From positions 1-57,014 of the IMG/VR virus record IMGVR_UViG_3300025430_001249: a stretch of DNA of 57,014 nt. The stretch is one strand, 5' to 3'. This document shows, one piece after another, positions 1 to 9,085 of the stretch; the stretch's first letter is position 1, and each line of letters starts with the position of its first letter. The position numbers and the translations under genes were made by a program. The DNA comes from a virus. Lineage: Duplodnaviria > Caudoviricetes. The notes beneath the pieces were generated by a model. That model searched no databases, was not told the DNA's origin, and saw only the letters and a program-made list of their open reading frames with translations.

Positions 1-176
1 ACGATATGCGCAGAACTAGGAGGTTTAATAGCATTAATTATATCATTGAGACCGGATGTCTCATGTTGATAATCTAAAAAATGCCAGTGATATTTTATAC
101 CAATTTTATTTTTCAGATAATTAAATATCTTTGGCGAAGAAAACGCGCCGTGTATGGCATAAATGTCAGTTGTCAT
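1..176 (-). CDS. alpha/beta-hydrolase-fold protein, 5' part only (runs off the window; absent from the ORF track)
   Basis: ATG at 176 opens MTTDIYAIHGAFSSPKIFNYL...PSSAHIV. The 'IHG' oxyanion motif is present and the frame stops just where a GxSxG elbow would follow. Confidence 0.5.
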   Translation of the reverse strand, partial: MTTDIYAIHGAFSSPKIFNYLKNKIGIKYHWHFLDYQHETSGLNDIINAIKPPSSAHI

Positions 177-183
177 CTATTAT

Positions 184-669
184 TTAAGCCATTAATTTAA
201 TTATTTTAGCATTGGCCACTTTTTCAGCTTTTTCATGTAGTTCGCCGTTGCATCCAAGTTGCTCATCGGCAAAAAGTGTAATCAATGGATTTGGGCATGC
301 AACTGGTCGGACTTCCAACAAAAGTTGAATGCACTCATCAATTTTATCATTTCCATGATGCTGAACCAACAGTGCCAACGCTGCGGCAGTGCTGCGACTT
401 ACACCAGCTTCACAATGCACCAACACCACTGCGTTATGAGGCAATGATTGCCCCCATTCTAAAATTTTAGCAACATGCGCTCGGGTTGGGCTATTTGCAT
501 CAGTTTCATTGAGATTGTCTTCAAAATGCAGCAGCAGCCAATTCTTTCGATCGGTTTTAGGATGAAGAAATGGCTGCTTGCCAGGGTCCAGCAGGCTGAG
601 AACATGTGTTGCATCAACTTGACTGGTCTTTCGAGATACTGCACTTCGCTGGCATACAAATACTTTCAT
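184..669 (-). CDS. protein tyrosine/dual-specificity phosphatase-like protein
   Basis: CX5R P-loop VHCEAGVSRS, upstream FED acid loop, downstream PNP motif. Confidence 0.8.
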   Translation of the reverse strand: MKVFVCQRSAVSRKTSQVDATHVLSLLDPGKQPFLHPKTDRKNWLLLHFEDNLNETDANSPTRAHVAKILEWGQSLPHNAVVLVHCEAGVSRSTAAALALLVQHHGNDKIDECIQLLLEVRPVACPNPLITLFADEQLGCNGELHEKAEKVANAKIIKLMA

Positions 670-675
670 GCTTAA

Positions 676-703
676 ATATTAGCATATAACGCGGCTATGT
701 CAA
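676..703 (-). promoter_or_regulatory. sigma70-type promoter
   Basis: TTGACA-16nt-TAATAT on the minus strand, 6 nt before the ATG at 669. Confidence 0.55.
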
Positions 704-707
704 GAGA

Positions 708-1010
708 TTACCAGAAACCGCCATTTGTTTCTGTTGAAACTTCTTTCCTGGTAGATTTTCGATCAGCAAAATTATCTAAGGCTGTGATATACAGTTGGCT
801 AGCATCTCTATAAGATAAATCGGTATCTAACTTACGTTGCGCATCGTACATTTCGTCACTGAGAAATGTGGGCACCATTGTTAGACGTTTTTCATTTAAC
901 CGATTCACCAACAGCGCAGTAACTTCGTCTACATTACGACGATTTAAAGCTAGAACAATAGTCTCAATTTCATCTCGTAGAAAATTATGAATCCAGTCGT
1001 TGCACTTCAT
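708..1010 (-). CDS. hypothetical protein
   Basis: ORF with GGAGG SD upstream; no motif recognised. Confidence 0.6.
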   Translation of the reverse strand: MKCNDWIHNFLRDEIETIVLALNRRNVDEVTALLVNRLNEKRLTMVPTFLSDEMYDAQRKLDTDLSYRDASQLYITALDNFADRKSTRKEVSTETNGGFW

Positions 1011-1051
1011 ATCAAACCTCCTAATGCTGGTTTAAAATCAGGTTATTTATA

Positions 1052-1303
1052 TTAGTTGTTTAATTCTATCCATTCATAAATGCCGCGACTGTCCATTTCT
1101 TCTAATTCTTCTACAGAAAACCCGTTAGATACAAACGGTGCTGATTTATCTCCGCGCCATAAGTAGAATGTCATAGGGGGGCTAGCAGCTGGCCTATCAA
1201 TATAATATTGTTTTTCTGGATTTTCATTACAATATTTCATTAGATATCCAAACGCATCGTTAGTACTACAATTTGTAATCCATCTAGAATATCCATTTTT
1301 CAT
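1052..1303 (-). CDS. hypothetical protein
   Basis: ORF with GGAG SD; co-oriented with neighbours. Confidence 0.6.
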   Translation of the reverse strand: MKNGYSRWITNCSTNDAFGYLMKYCNENPEKQYYIDRPAASPPMTFYLWRGDKSAPFVSNGFSVEELEEMDSRGIYEWIELNN

Positions 1304-1314
1304 AAAACATCTCC

Positions 1315-1348
1315 AAAAAAATGCCCAAGATAAAAATCTTGGGCATTT
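1315..1348 (-). terminator. intrinsic terminator
   Basis: AAATGCCCAAGAT-aaaa-ATCTTGGGCATTT hairpin followed by a U-run on the minus strand. Confidence 0.7.
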
Positions 1349-1372
1349 GGCTCGTCTACATATATCTAGATA

Positions 1373-1630
1373 TTATGCGCGAGCGGTTGAACGCACTGCC
1401 TTGCGAACAGTCTTGCGAGGAACCAGCTTATAAACTGCGCGGTCAATGCCATCTCGGCCTGCGCGCATTTCGGTTACAATGTTATAACCGTCCTTGCGTA
1501 AATCAGCAATGCGAGCAGTTGGATTGGCAATCTTAAACCGAGACCGTGCTTGCGCAACCGATAGAGTAGTATCGTTCTTGCTGAGATAAGTAAGCAAACG
1601 AGTCTTTGCGTTAGTAGAAGTCTTTGTCAT
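1373..1630 (-). CDS. small winged helix-turn-helix DNA-binding protein
   Basis: LLTYL...LSVAQARSRFKIANPTARIADLRKDGYNI pattern and basic tail. Start moved to ATG 1630 (GGAG SD). Confidence 0.7.
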   Translation of the reverse strand: MTKTSTNAKTRLLTYLSKNDTTLSVAQARSRFKIANPTARIADLRKDGYNIVTEMRAGRDGIDRAVYKLVPRKTVRKAVRSTARA

Positions 1631-1679
1631 TGTTTTCTCCGTGCTGTTTTGGGACACTATATCCCTTTGTTACATCACC

Positions 1680-1708
1680 ATTGTATGCTCCTTAAATAAA
1701 ACTGTCAA
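1680..1708 (-). promoter_or_regulatory. sigma70-type promoter
   Basis: TTGACA-17nt-TACAAT on the minus strand. Confidence 0.65.
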
Positions 1709-1793
1709 TGATGTTAACCAAAAATCTTGGTTTGCAGGTATTAAAAGAACCAATTAAAAATGATATATAGTAGTTGTTAAAGGAGAACTTTTC

Positions 1794-2039
1794 ATGTTCA
1801 AGAAATTTTTAGAATACTTTGGATTTATATCAAAAGCTGTACACACCGTCGAAGAAGACGTGAAAGTTGTGTCTACCTCTGTGCTAACTGACTTAAGCGA
1901 TGTAGTTGCTCCAGTTGAAAAGTCAAGCAAAAAGGTTGCCGACCAAGTGCCCAACAACGTAAACACAGTGCCAGCAGCAACAGAAACTGCGGTTAAAAAA
2001 GTCCGCAAGCCTCGCAAGACAAAAAGGACTGCGGATTAA
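1794..2039 (+). CDS. hypothetical protein with basic C-terminal tail
   Basis: AAGGAG SD; followed by a terminator. Confidence 0.65.
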   Translation: MFKKFLEYFGFISKAVHTVEEDVKVVSTSVLTDLSDVVAPVEKSSKKVADQVPNNVNTVPAATETAVKKVRKPRKTKRTAD

Positions 2040-2043
2040 AAAT

Positions 2044-2082
2044 ATGATGAGTTGAACAACCTCAACTCATCATTTTATTTTT
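2044..2082 (+). terminator. intrinsic terminator
   Basis: ATGATGAGTTGA-acaacc-TCAACTCATCAT then TTTATTTTT. Confidence 0.7.
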
Positions 2083-2217
2083 CCGTATAACGTTGTAAGA
2101 CTCGCACCAAATAATACCAAAATTCCAGACGACCCATATGCACCAATTTCAATTTGCGTAACGAGCATTTGAACCGTATACGCAATCAATATAATCATTA
2201 TGATTTTCAATAACATG
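2070..2217 (-). CDS. small membrane protein
   Basis: two hydrophobic stretches; TTGACA-16-TAGATT promoter-like sequence upstream; start uncertain. Confidence 0.35.
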
Positions 2218-2300
2218 CAATTTTCATCCCAATAACATATACCTAAATCTAGCACAATTAGAAATGTCTGTCAAGACTGTAAGATTAGGTAAATATCTCT

Positions 2301-2678
2301 ATGAAAATGATGGAACTCATTTATGGCGATGATCCTGCTCAAACATTAGTAGACTTCATACGATTTGCATGTATAGAACTAGAATTACCATCAGTTCCTA
2401 AAATCAAACTCACTACTAAACCAATTTCAAATTCGCCTTATAACAGCTTTGCTGCATACCGTCCAGGTGTGGGACAAATAATGTTGTATGCAGGACACCG
2501 GCACATTTTAGATGTTTTACGTAGTTTATGTCACGAAATGGTACACTATCGACAAGATTTAGCAGGCGAGCTTACTGCTAATTCAGGAATTACTGGTAGC
2601 GATCAAGAGAATGAGGCAAATGCTGTTGCCGGACAAATAATGCGTAAATATGGCAAATTGCATCCTGAATTGTTCTAA
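2301..2678 (+). CDS. zincin-like (HExxH) metallopeptidase-fold protein, probably virion-internal
   Basis: LCHEMVHYRQ followed by ENEANAVAG; TAAATA 5 nt before ATG. Confidence 0.7.
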   Translation: MKMMELIYGDDPAQTLVDFIRFACIELELPSVPKIKLTTKPISNSPYNSFAAYRPGVGQIMLYAGHRHILDVLRSLCHEMVHYRQDLAGELTANSGITGSDQENEANAVAGQIMRKYGKLHPELF

Positions 2679-2692
2679 TTTACCTATAAATA

Positions 2693-3730
2693 TTGCCAAC
2701 AGTTTTAAGGCCTAAAATGAACAACGGCAATTTTAATACAGTAACCGCTAACAACATTAACGCAAATCAGGTCCAAGCAAAAAACTTTGGAGGACCCGGC
2801 GGCAGCGGGGCTATCATTACAGCTAGTAAAATTATATTAGGAGATTGGATTATTGAAGCTGGATCAGATCAAGGTCCCGGGTTGTATGTTACTACGCCAG
2901 ATGGCATCAAAACAAAAATGGAACTTATTGATTATCGACAGGTACCTGTGCCGGCCACAGCAACATTAGCTGTAGAACCAGCTCAAGAATCTGTAGCATC
3001 AATTGCCATAGGCCCAGGAAATCCAGGTGCGATTGCAACTGGTAACTGGGAAGGCGGTGGGACACCTAACACAACAACATCTGCTTCAACACCAATTTCT
3101 CCAGTGGGAGATCAGTCTACAAATAATAGTACTGTGCCAGTAAATGAAGGAGCATTAGGACCAGGTGCAAATCCAGGAGTTGGCACCGGATATTCAGAGT
3201 TATCCGCTGGCGGCATAACAACACTTGCTAATCATGGTATAACAGATCCTGCATTCATAACAGGTTTGAATCGTCTTTGTCAACAAATTAATGTGCCAGC
3301 CGATAACATGGTAATTGTTTTTCAAATTGAAAGTAATTTGAACCCTCATATACAAAACTCTATAGGTGCAACTGGGTTAAATCAAATAATGCCAAAGACA
3401 GCACAAGGCTTGGGATATACTGTAGATCAGATAAAATTAATGTCAGCAACAGAGCAGATAACAGGACCAACGGCAAAATACTTCTTAGAATGTAGGCGAT
3501 ATCTCCCTGCTACGCCAAGCATGGCTGATTTATATTTGGTTAATTTATACCCTCTTGCATGTGGCAAACCAGACGATTGGGTTTTAGGCTCGCCAAAAGC
3601 CGACGGAACTGTGACCAAAGAAGTCGCAGCTACTCAAATAGCTGCGCAAAATAAACCATTTGCTATGGGTAATTCCGTTATAACTATCGGCAGTTTCAAA
3701 CAATGGTTGGCTAACAAATGGAAGATGTGA
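2693..3730 (+). CDS. virion-associated lytic transglycosylase (C-terminal SLT/lysozyme-like domain after a Gly/Pro/Thr linker)
   Basis: QIESNLNP...GATGLNQIMPKTA = catalytic Glu-Ser and GLxQ motifs; TATAAATA upstream; true start may be ATG ~2717. Confidence 0.75.
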   Translation: MPTVLRPKMNNGNFNTVTANNINANQVQAKNFGGPGGSGAIITASKIILGDWIIEAGSDQGPGLYVTTPDGIKTKMELIDYRQVPVPATATLAVEPAQESVASIAIGPGNPGAIATGNWEGGGTPNTTTSASTPISPVGDQSTNNSTVPVNEGALGPGANPGVGTGYSELSAGGITTLANHGITDPAFITGLNRLCQQINVPADNMVIVFQIESNLNPHIQNSIGATGLNQIMPKTAQGLGYTVDQIKLMSATEQITGPTAKYFLECRRYLPATPSMADLYLVNLYPLACGKPDDWVLGSPKADGTVTKEVAATQIAAQNKPFAMGNSVITIGSFKQWLANKWKM

Positions 3731-3751
3731 TCTAAAAGTAATAAATATACC

Positions 3752-3964
3752 ATGGTCACTGCAATACCAAATACAGGTTCAACAATTCTCATGGGAGCTG
3801 TATATAATGCTTATTATGTTCCCAGTGGCGGTGTGCCTGCTGCTGGTACTAATATAGGTTTAAGAGCTACTCTAGGTAGTAAAATTGGAATAGTATCTGG
3901 TTCAATTACACTTTCGTCAACATTTGGTGGTAGAACTGGTCCTTATAACTATCAAGGTGGCTAA
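3752..3964 (+). CDS. small Gly-rich late protein
   Basis: TAAATA 4 nt before ATG; composition like a structural protein. Confidence 0.6.
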   Translation: MVTAIPNTGSTILMGAVYNAYYVPSGGVPAAGTNIGLRATLGSKIGIVSGSITLSSTFGGRTGPYNYQGG

Positions 3965-4018
3965 ATTTGATTTCAAAAAGCTGCTAATTTAATATAATAA
4001 GTAAAGGGATTAGCAACT

Positions 4019-4555
4019 ATGGACATTTCTGCAATCATTAATGAATTAGATAATATACCTGTTGCGCAGAGTCAATACGAATTTGATAATTTTTTCCTAG
4101 AAACGTTTCCTACTAAATCTAGGCAGCTTGTTGCAGTTATGCTGGAAATTGAAAAACTACACGCAACAAAAATAAGTCTTGAATTTGAATTTGCACACCA
4201 TTCAACAAATGCGGCCTCACTGCATCGCGAATTAACAGTAACCACCCAAAAATTAAATCGGTTATGCAATTGGTACGAATCTATTTCTGAAAAAGAACGT
4301 GTTGACATATTAAAGAATTATGAAGCTGAAGAGCCGCACTACTGGGCGCATGTAATAGGAAAAAGAGCTGCATTAGAAGTACTATCGCTCAATCGCACTG
4401 TTACAGACACCATAGCTGAAATGGTTAATTTACCAATTGAAGACTTCGAAGAGGCAGTGCGTATTTGTACAAAATATACTACACTTGTTAACTCAACTAC
4501 ACAATCTGTAGAAAATTCAATGAATAATGATGTAAACGGTATTCATCAAGGTTAA
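4019..4555 (+). CDS. hypothetical helical protein
   Basis: long ORF in operon with the glycosyltransferase-like gene. Confidence 0.65.
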   Translation: MDISAIINELDNIPVAQSQYEFDNFFLETFPTKSRQLVAVMLEIEKLHATKISLEFEFAHHSTNAASLHRELTVTTQKLNRLCNWYESISEKERVDILKNYEAEEPHYWAHVIGKRAALEVLSLNRTVTDTIAEMVNLPIEDFEEAVRICTKYTTLVNSTTQSVENSMNNDVNGIHQG

Positions 4556-4560
4556 TGTAA

Positions 4561-5205
4561 ATGAAAATAACCCAGCCCATTCAAAATACCAAGTTAGCTA
4601 TTTGTATTCCATGTAGAGAACAGTTACATGCTGTTTTTACTTACAATCTTGTCAAATTGGTACAATATTGTAATAAAATAAAGCTTCATATAGAGCTGTT
4701 TATGCAAACTGGCAGTCTTATTTCGCGCCAACGTCAACAGCTTGCATCTACTGCAATTGAGGCGGAGTCTACCCACATATTATGGCTAGACACTGACATG
4801 ACATTTCCACCAACAATTGCCGAAGTTTTATTATCTCATAACGTTGAAGTGGTAGCATGTAACTATTCAACTAGGTCAACTCCTTTAAAAGGAGTTGCCT
4901 ATACTAATATTGGCGATTGGGACAGTTATATCAATCCAACAAACATAGTCCCACGCTTACAAGCCGTTGAAGGTGTAGGTATGGGCTGCATGCTAACCAA
5001 AACTAGTATCTTTTCACATATTGAAAAACCTTGGTTTGAAGTGTCTTGGGTAGACGAATATAATGATTTCATAGGTGAAGATTTTTATTTTTGCTCTCTA
5101 GTGAAAAACGCTGGATTTCCTGTAATGATAGACACTATTATTAGTCAAAAAATTAAACATATTGGCACTTGCGAATTTGGATTAATTGAGACCAGCTATA
5201 ATTGA
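4561..5205 (+). CDS. GT-A (family 2-like) glycosyltransferase
   Basis: AICIP first strand, WLDTD (DxD), GMGCML, GEDFYFC, C-terminal HIG. Confidence 0.75.
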   Translation: MKITQPIQNTKLAICIPCREQLHAVFTYNLVKLVQYCNKIKLHIELFMQTGSLISRQRQQLASTAIEAESTHILWLDTDMTFPPTIAEVLLSHNVEVVACNYSTRSTPLKGVAYTNIGDWDSYINPTNIVPRLQAVEGVGMGCMLTKTSIFSHIEKPWFEVSWVDEYNDFIGEDFYFCSLVKNAGFPVMIDTIISQKIKHIGTCEFGLIETSYN

Positions 5206-5217
5206 TAAATATCGTGC

Positions 5218-5547
5218 ATGTTAGATGATCCAATATTAGCAGAGCTGTTTCCGGTGGCGACTACCATAAGTTTACTCTATCAAACTCCGGTTGATCAAAC
5301 AGCTACTGGCACTATTTTTTGCATGAATCAGAGTGATAATAGTGATTCAGTAAAAGTTGCACTGGTACCAAACACGCAACCCATATCATCAACTAGTTAT
5401 ATCGCATATAACACCGTAATATACCATGGCCAAAGTCTATATCTACAACAAATATATTTAAATTCTGGCGATTCAATATATGTTGCCAGTCAAAATGGTA
5501 CAAGTAATTTTATTTTTAACGGTACTGTGAATCCTACAACAATTTAA
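5218..5547 (+). CDS. putative virion structural protein (beta-rich)
   Basis: TAAATA 6 nt before ATG; LYQTP...LNSGDSIYV pattern typical of phage structural beta-sandwiches. Confidence 0.55.
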   Translation: MLDDPILAELFPVATTISLLYQTPVDQTATGTIFCMNQSDNSDSVKVALVPNTQPISSTSYIAYNTVIYHGQSLYLQQIYLNSGDSIYVASQNGTSNFIFNGTVNPTTI

Positions 5548-5765
5548 ACAACTGGTTTACCATCACTGATAAATTCGAGCATGCCTGCTTGAAAACGATA
5601 TACACCTCTACGATGCCGTTTCTCAAGTTCCATAATTAACCCTGTAGGTAATTCTACTTTGATGGTTTTTTCGTCTTGTTTTATAATCCAAGCTTTGACA
5701 CGGCGATGTGCATCAGTACATTCGACATACACTCTGTTCTTTTCAACAATACTTGGTCGCCCCAT
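5544..5765 (-). CDS. hypothetical protein
   Basis: AAGGAG SD; TTGACC upstream. Confidence 0.65.
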   Translation of the reverse strand: MGRPSIVEKNRVYVECTDAHRRVKAWIIKQDEKTIKVELPTGLIMELEKRHRRGVYRFQAGMLEFISDGKPVV

Positions 5766-5853
5766 GCCAATCTCCTTTAAGTCAGTTTTTCTTATTATGC
5801 GGACACATGGTATAAGTGGTCAAGATTAACATCAAATTATGGTAAATAACTGT

Positions 5854-6384
5854 ATGAGATTACATACATTAACCGAAGCTAAAGATAAATTATCACTTGT
5901 AGATTTGCCGTATGCAGTAGACGCCTTAGAACCTGTTATGGAACGCAAAGTCGTTGAGTTTCATTATAAGGTTTTGAGCAAAGGATATGTTGACCGTTAT
6001 AACAGCGGCGAAGGAGACCCAGAATTTAATCGAGCCGGAGCTTTACTGCACAATTTGTGGTGGCCGCAGTTAATGAAGCCAAAAGTTAATAATATACCAA
6101 AAGGTGCATCTAGAGAATTGATTGAGAAAGTACACGGCAGTTGGGACGAATTTAAGGATGCATTTATAGAAACTGCATTAACGTTCCAAGGCAGCGGGTG
6201 GTGTTATATGGCCAAAGATGGCAGCATTAAAACCCTGAAAAATCAAAGCTGGAAATCTGATGTTGTTATGCCAATAGATCTATGGGAACACTCTTATAAT
6301 CCGTTTGAGTTACGTAAAAATTATATGAAAACTATTTGGCGGATCATAGATTGGAATGTGATTAATGATCGTATAGGCGCATAG
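5854..6384 (+). CDS. sod: Fe/Mn superoxide dismutase
   Basis: LPYAVDALEP, LHNLWW, FQGSGW, DLWEHSY metal-ligand motifs. Start reassigned to ATG 5854, 5 nt after TAAATA. Confidence 0.9.
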   Translation: MRLHTLTEAKDKLSLVDLPYAVDALEPVMERKVVEFHYKVLSKGYVDRYNSGEGDPEFNRAGALLHNLWWPQLMKPKVNNIPKGASRELIEKVHGSWDEFKDAFIETALTFQGSGWCYMAKDGSIKTLKNQSWKSDVVMPIDLWEHSYNPFELRKNYMKTIWRIIDWNVINDRIGA

Positions 6385-6453
6385 AAGTAAATCGCGATGA
6401 TCTGTGTTAGAGACCGTAAATATTTCAATTAAAAATTGTACTATTGCAATAAA

Positions 6454-6499
6454 TTGCAAGACTAACTTTATAACAAATTCTTTAAAGTTAGTCTTGCAA
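6454..6499. terminator. 17-bp perfect inverted repeat, probable bidirectional terminator between convergent sod and rpoD
   Basis: TTGCAAGACTAACTTTA / TAAAGTTAGTCTTGCAA with a 12-nt loop. Confidence 0.6.
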
Positions 6500-6513
6500 A
6501 ATAATATTACCAG

Positions 6514-7968
6514 TTAATTTTCTAAAGCGGTTTCTAATTCTTTTAGTTTGTCCGGACGTGTAAGATGAGCAAGTGCTTTAGCTTCGATCTGCCGTACGCG
6601 CTCGCGAGTTACATTAAATCGCTTGCCAATTTCTTCTAGAGTATGCTCGTCCATAGTACCAATGCCAAATCGCATGCGGATAACACGTTCTTCTCGACTG
6701 TTAAGGGTACCTAAGGCATTTGAAATTATACGTGTGATATCTTCATCATTTATCTTTTCAATTGCATCTACAACATTTTCATCTTCAATATACGAACCAA
6801 GGCTATTATCCTCATCATCTCCAACAGGTGTTTGGAGGCTTACTGGATCTCTAGCCACTTGCATCATACGTCTAACCTTTTGAGGATCCATTTCAAGAAT
6901 ATTACCAATTTCTCCCTCTGTTGGTTCATGACCATGAGCAGCAACGTGATCTTTAATTACTTTTGTTATTTTTTTAATTGCATCAAGTACATGGCTTGGC
7001 ACCCGAATAGTCTTGCTGTGTTCAGTTGTTGCTTTGATAATAGCTTGACGAATCCACCAAGTAGCATAGGTACTAAATCGATAACCTAGACGCCATTTGA
7101 ACTTTTCAACTGCTTTAATAAGACCAATGTTACCTTCTTGTACTAGATCTAGCAAAGTAGTTGGATTATTTTGGTTATATCGTTTGGCCACACTAACTAC
7201 TAGACGCAAGTTACTAGTAACCATCTTTTGGATAGATTCTTCTTTTATTTTAGCTTGGGAACGCAGATCCCTAACTGTGTTGCGTAGATCTCGCAAACTC
7301 ATACCAGTTTGTTGACTAATATCGATAATTTTTTGATTGAGTTGTTCTATCTTCGCACCATGTTTTTCTCTAAGATTTAGATAACTTGGTACATCATTAG
7401 TATAAATCCAATCAAGCCCATCTGTAGAAAGATATTTCGCCATCCAATCTTCGCGCTTAATACCGCAACTTTCTGCTAGACGGAGCACTTCACCATCAAT
7501 ACTAACCACTTGCTTGTTAAATGCAATAACCTGTTCCATAAGATGAGACAAGCTTGCTGGATTAAGAGACAGTTCGTTAAATTGCTCAACTAATTGCGCT
7601 CGAACAACCTCATTAGTACGATCTTGTTGATAACTTTCACACAATAATTTGATTTTTGTGAGTTGAGATAAGAATGCAGGGCCTACATCGTCGTTAGAAT
7701 CAAGCTCAATGTCAAATACTTCAACAGCGTCTTGACCATTTATCATAGCAGCGTCAATCCAAGACGTAACTGTTGATATAGTAAGCGGAATTCCCAGCAA
7801 GCGATCAGTAATAGCCTGTTTAGCTGTTTCAATGGTTTGACTGATTTCAATTTCTTGTTTGTGAGTTAGCAATGGAGCTTTACCAACATCTCGCAAATAC
7901 AGCTTTATTGGGTCTTGATAACCTTCATTTTGTTTAGTTGTACGAGATTTAGGTGTAGTTAATGTCAC
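6514..7968 (-). CDS. rpoD: RNA polymerase primary-type sigma70 factor lacking region 1.1
   Basis: region 1.2 [15 protein letters not shown], long non-conserved region, [51 protein letters not shown]; GTG start with GGAG SD. Confidence 0.95.
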   Translation of the reverse strand: MTLTTPKSRTTKQNEGYQDPIKLYLRDVGKAPLLTHKQEIEISQTIETAKQAITDRLLGIPLTISTVTSWIDAAMINGQDAVEVFDIELDSNDDVGPAFLSQLTKIKLLCESYQQDRTNEVVRAQLVEQFNELSLNPASLSHLMEQVIAFNKQVVSIDGEVLRLAESCGIKREDWMAKYLSTDGLDWIYTNDVPSYLNLREKHGAKIEQLNQKIIDISQQTGMSLRDLRNTVRDLRSQAKIKEESIQKMVTSNLRLVVSVAKRYNQNNPTTLLDLVQEGNIGLIKAVEKFKWRLGYRFSTYATWWIRQAIIKATTEHSKTIRVPSHVLDAIKKITKVIKDHVAAHGHEPTEGEIGNILEMDPQKVRRMMQVARDPVSLQTPVGDDEDNSLGSYIEDENVVDAIEKINDEDITRIISNALGTLNSREERVIRMRFGIGTMDEHTLEEIGKRFNVTRERVRQIEAKALAHLTRPDKLKELETALEN

Positions 7969-7997
7969 GTATAAGTCTCCTAATGTTGTAATTGATC

Positions 7998-8025
7998 AAA
8001 ATAGTGCTGCATGCTAAAATGTCAA
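7998..8025 (-). promoter_or_regulatory. sigma70-type promoter of rpoD
   Basis: TTGACA-16nt-TATTTT. Confidence 0.45.
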
Positions 8026-8054
8026 TAGTTATTTTGACTATATTATATATCAAC

Positions 8055-8573
8055 TTAAAATCTAGACTGCATTTTGGATCTAATGTCTTCAATATGAATA
8101 GGAGTGTATGAGATCTGTTCAACAGACACATTAAAATATCGGTTGTCATCTACTAAATGTTGATGCAAATGCCCGTGTACATTCCATTCTACTCGATATT
8201 CTAGACTATTTGGATGAACAGGTACATGAGTCAGTAACATATTAAATTCTGGAAATACCCGCCAGACTTGTACTTTGCTAAAATGCTGTGCTAGCTTTTG
8301 ATCTTTACCGTTGTCATGGTTGCCTAAAATGAGACGCTTTTGACCTTTTAAGCGATGTAACACTTGATGTCCTAGACCAAAATATACATCACCCAAATGA
8401 TATACTTTATCACCATCTTTAACCGTGCTGTTCCATTGATCGATCATATGCTCATCCATCTCCTCAAGAGATGAAAATTTAGCACCTCGTATGAGATTAC
8501 CATTGGTATCTGTAAATTTTAATATGTTAGAGTGTCCAAAATGCGTATCAGAAATAACCCATATGTCAGACAT
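8055..8573 (-). CDS. calcineurin-like metallophosphoesterase
   Basis: DTHFGH, HLGD, GNHD, THVP, HGHLH motifs. Confidence 0.9.
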   Translation of the reverse strand: MSDIWVISDTHFGHSNILKFTDTNGNLIRGAKFSSLEEMDEHMIDQWNSTVKDGDKVYHLGDVYFGLGHQVLHRLKGQKRLILGNHDNGKDQKLAQHFSKVQVWRVFPEFNMLLTHVPVHPNSLEYRVEWNVHGHLHQHLVDDNRYFNVSVEQISYTPIHIEDIRSKMQSRF

Positions 8574-8600
8574 AATACTATCCTTTAAGTCAATAAAAAA

Positions 8601-8641
8601 CCTAGACTGTGTGATTATACAGTCTAGGTGTTTTTTGTCAA
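8601..8641 (-). promoter_or_regulatory. consensus sigma70 promoter overlapping an intrinsic terminator hairpin
   Basis: TTGACA-16-TATAAT on the minus strand (8641-8614); CCTAGACTGT/ACAGTCTAGG stem followed by a U-run. Confidence 0.6.
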
Positions 8642-8657
8642 GCGCAGAATTTACAAA

Positions 8658-8840
8658 TTATGAGCTAGCAGTATTCTTGCTCTCTTGAATTTCGGCACGC
8701 CGAGACTTTGCCAACTTACCAAGTTCTCCAAGTGCTTTACGAGCTCGAGCTGCTGCTGCCTTAACCCCCTTAACTTCAAACTTAGTATTTTCAGCAAGAT
8801 ATGCGTTGAACTGCTCAACAATTTCGTCATGTGTAGCCAT
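8658..8840 (-). CDS. histone H1-like (Hc1-family) small basic protein
   Basis: KFE.KGVKAAAARARKALGELGKLAKSRRAEIQE signature; AAGGAGG SD. Confidence 0.75.
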   Translation of the reverse strand: MATHDEIVEQFNAYLAENTKFEVKGVKAAAARARKALGELGKLAKSRRAEIQESKNTASS

Positions 8841-9085
8841 GTTAATGTCCTCCTTATAGTGACTCTGTTACTTATTGCATTTTACGGTTGGTTTTGTTTT
8901 ATTTTCAACAAAAAACCGTATTTTAAATATCTAAATGCTAGATTAACACCGGCATGATAATACAAATTTCGTAAACTTAGTATCATATCTGCTAAAGCTA
9001 ATACTACGATGACAATTGTATCAAATAGTATAAACATATGCTTTAATAGATAAATAACGCATAGCATCAAGGATTTTGAACATAC

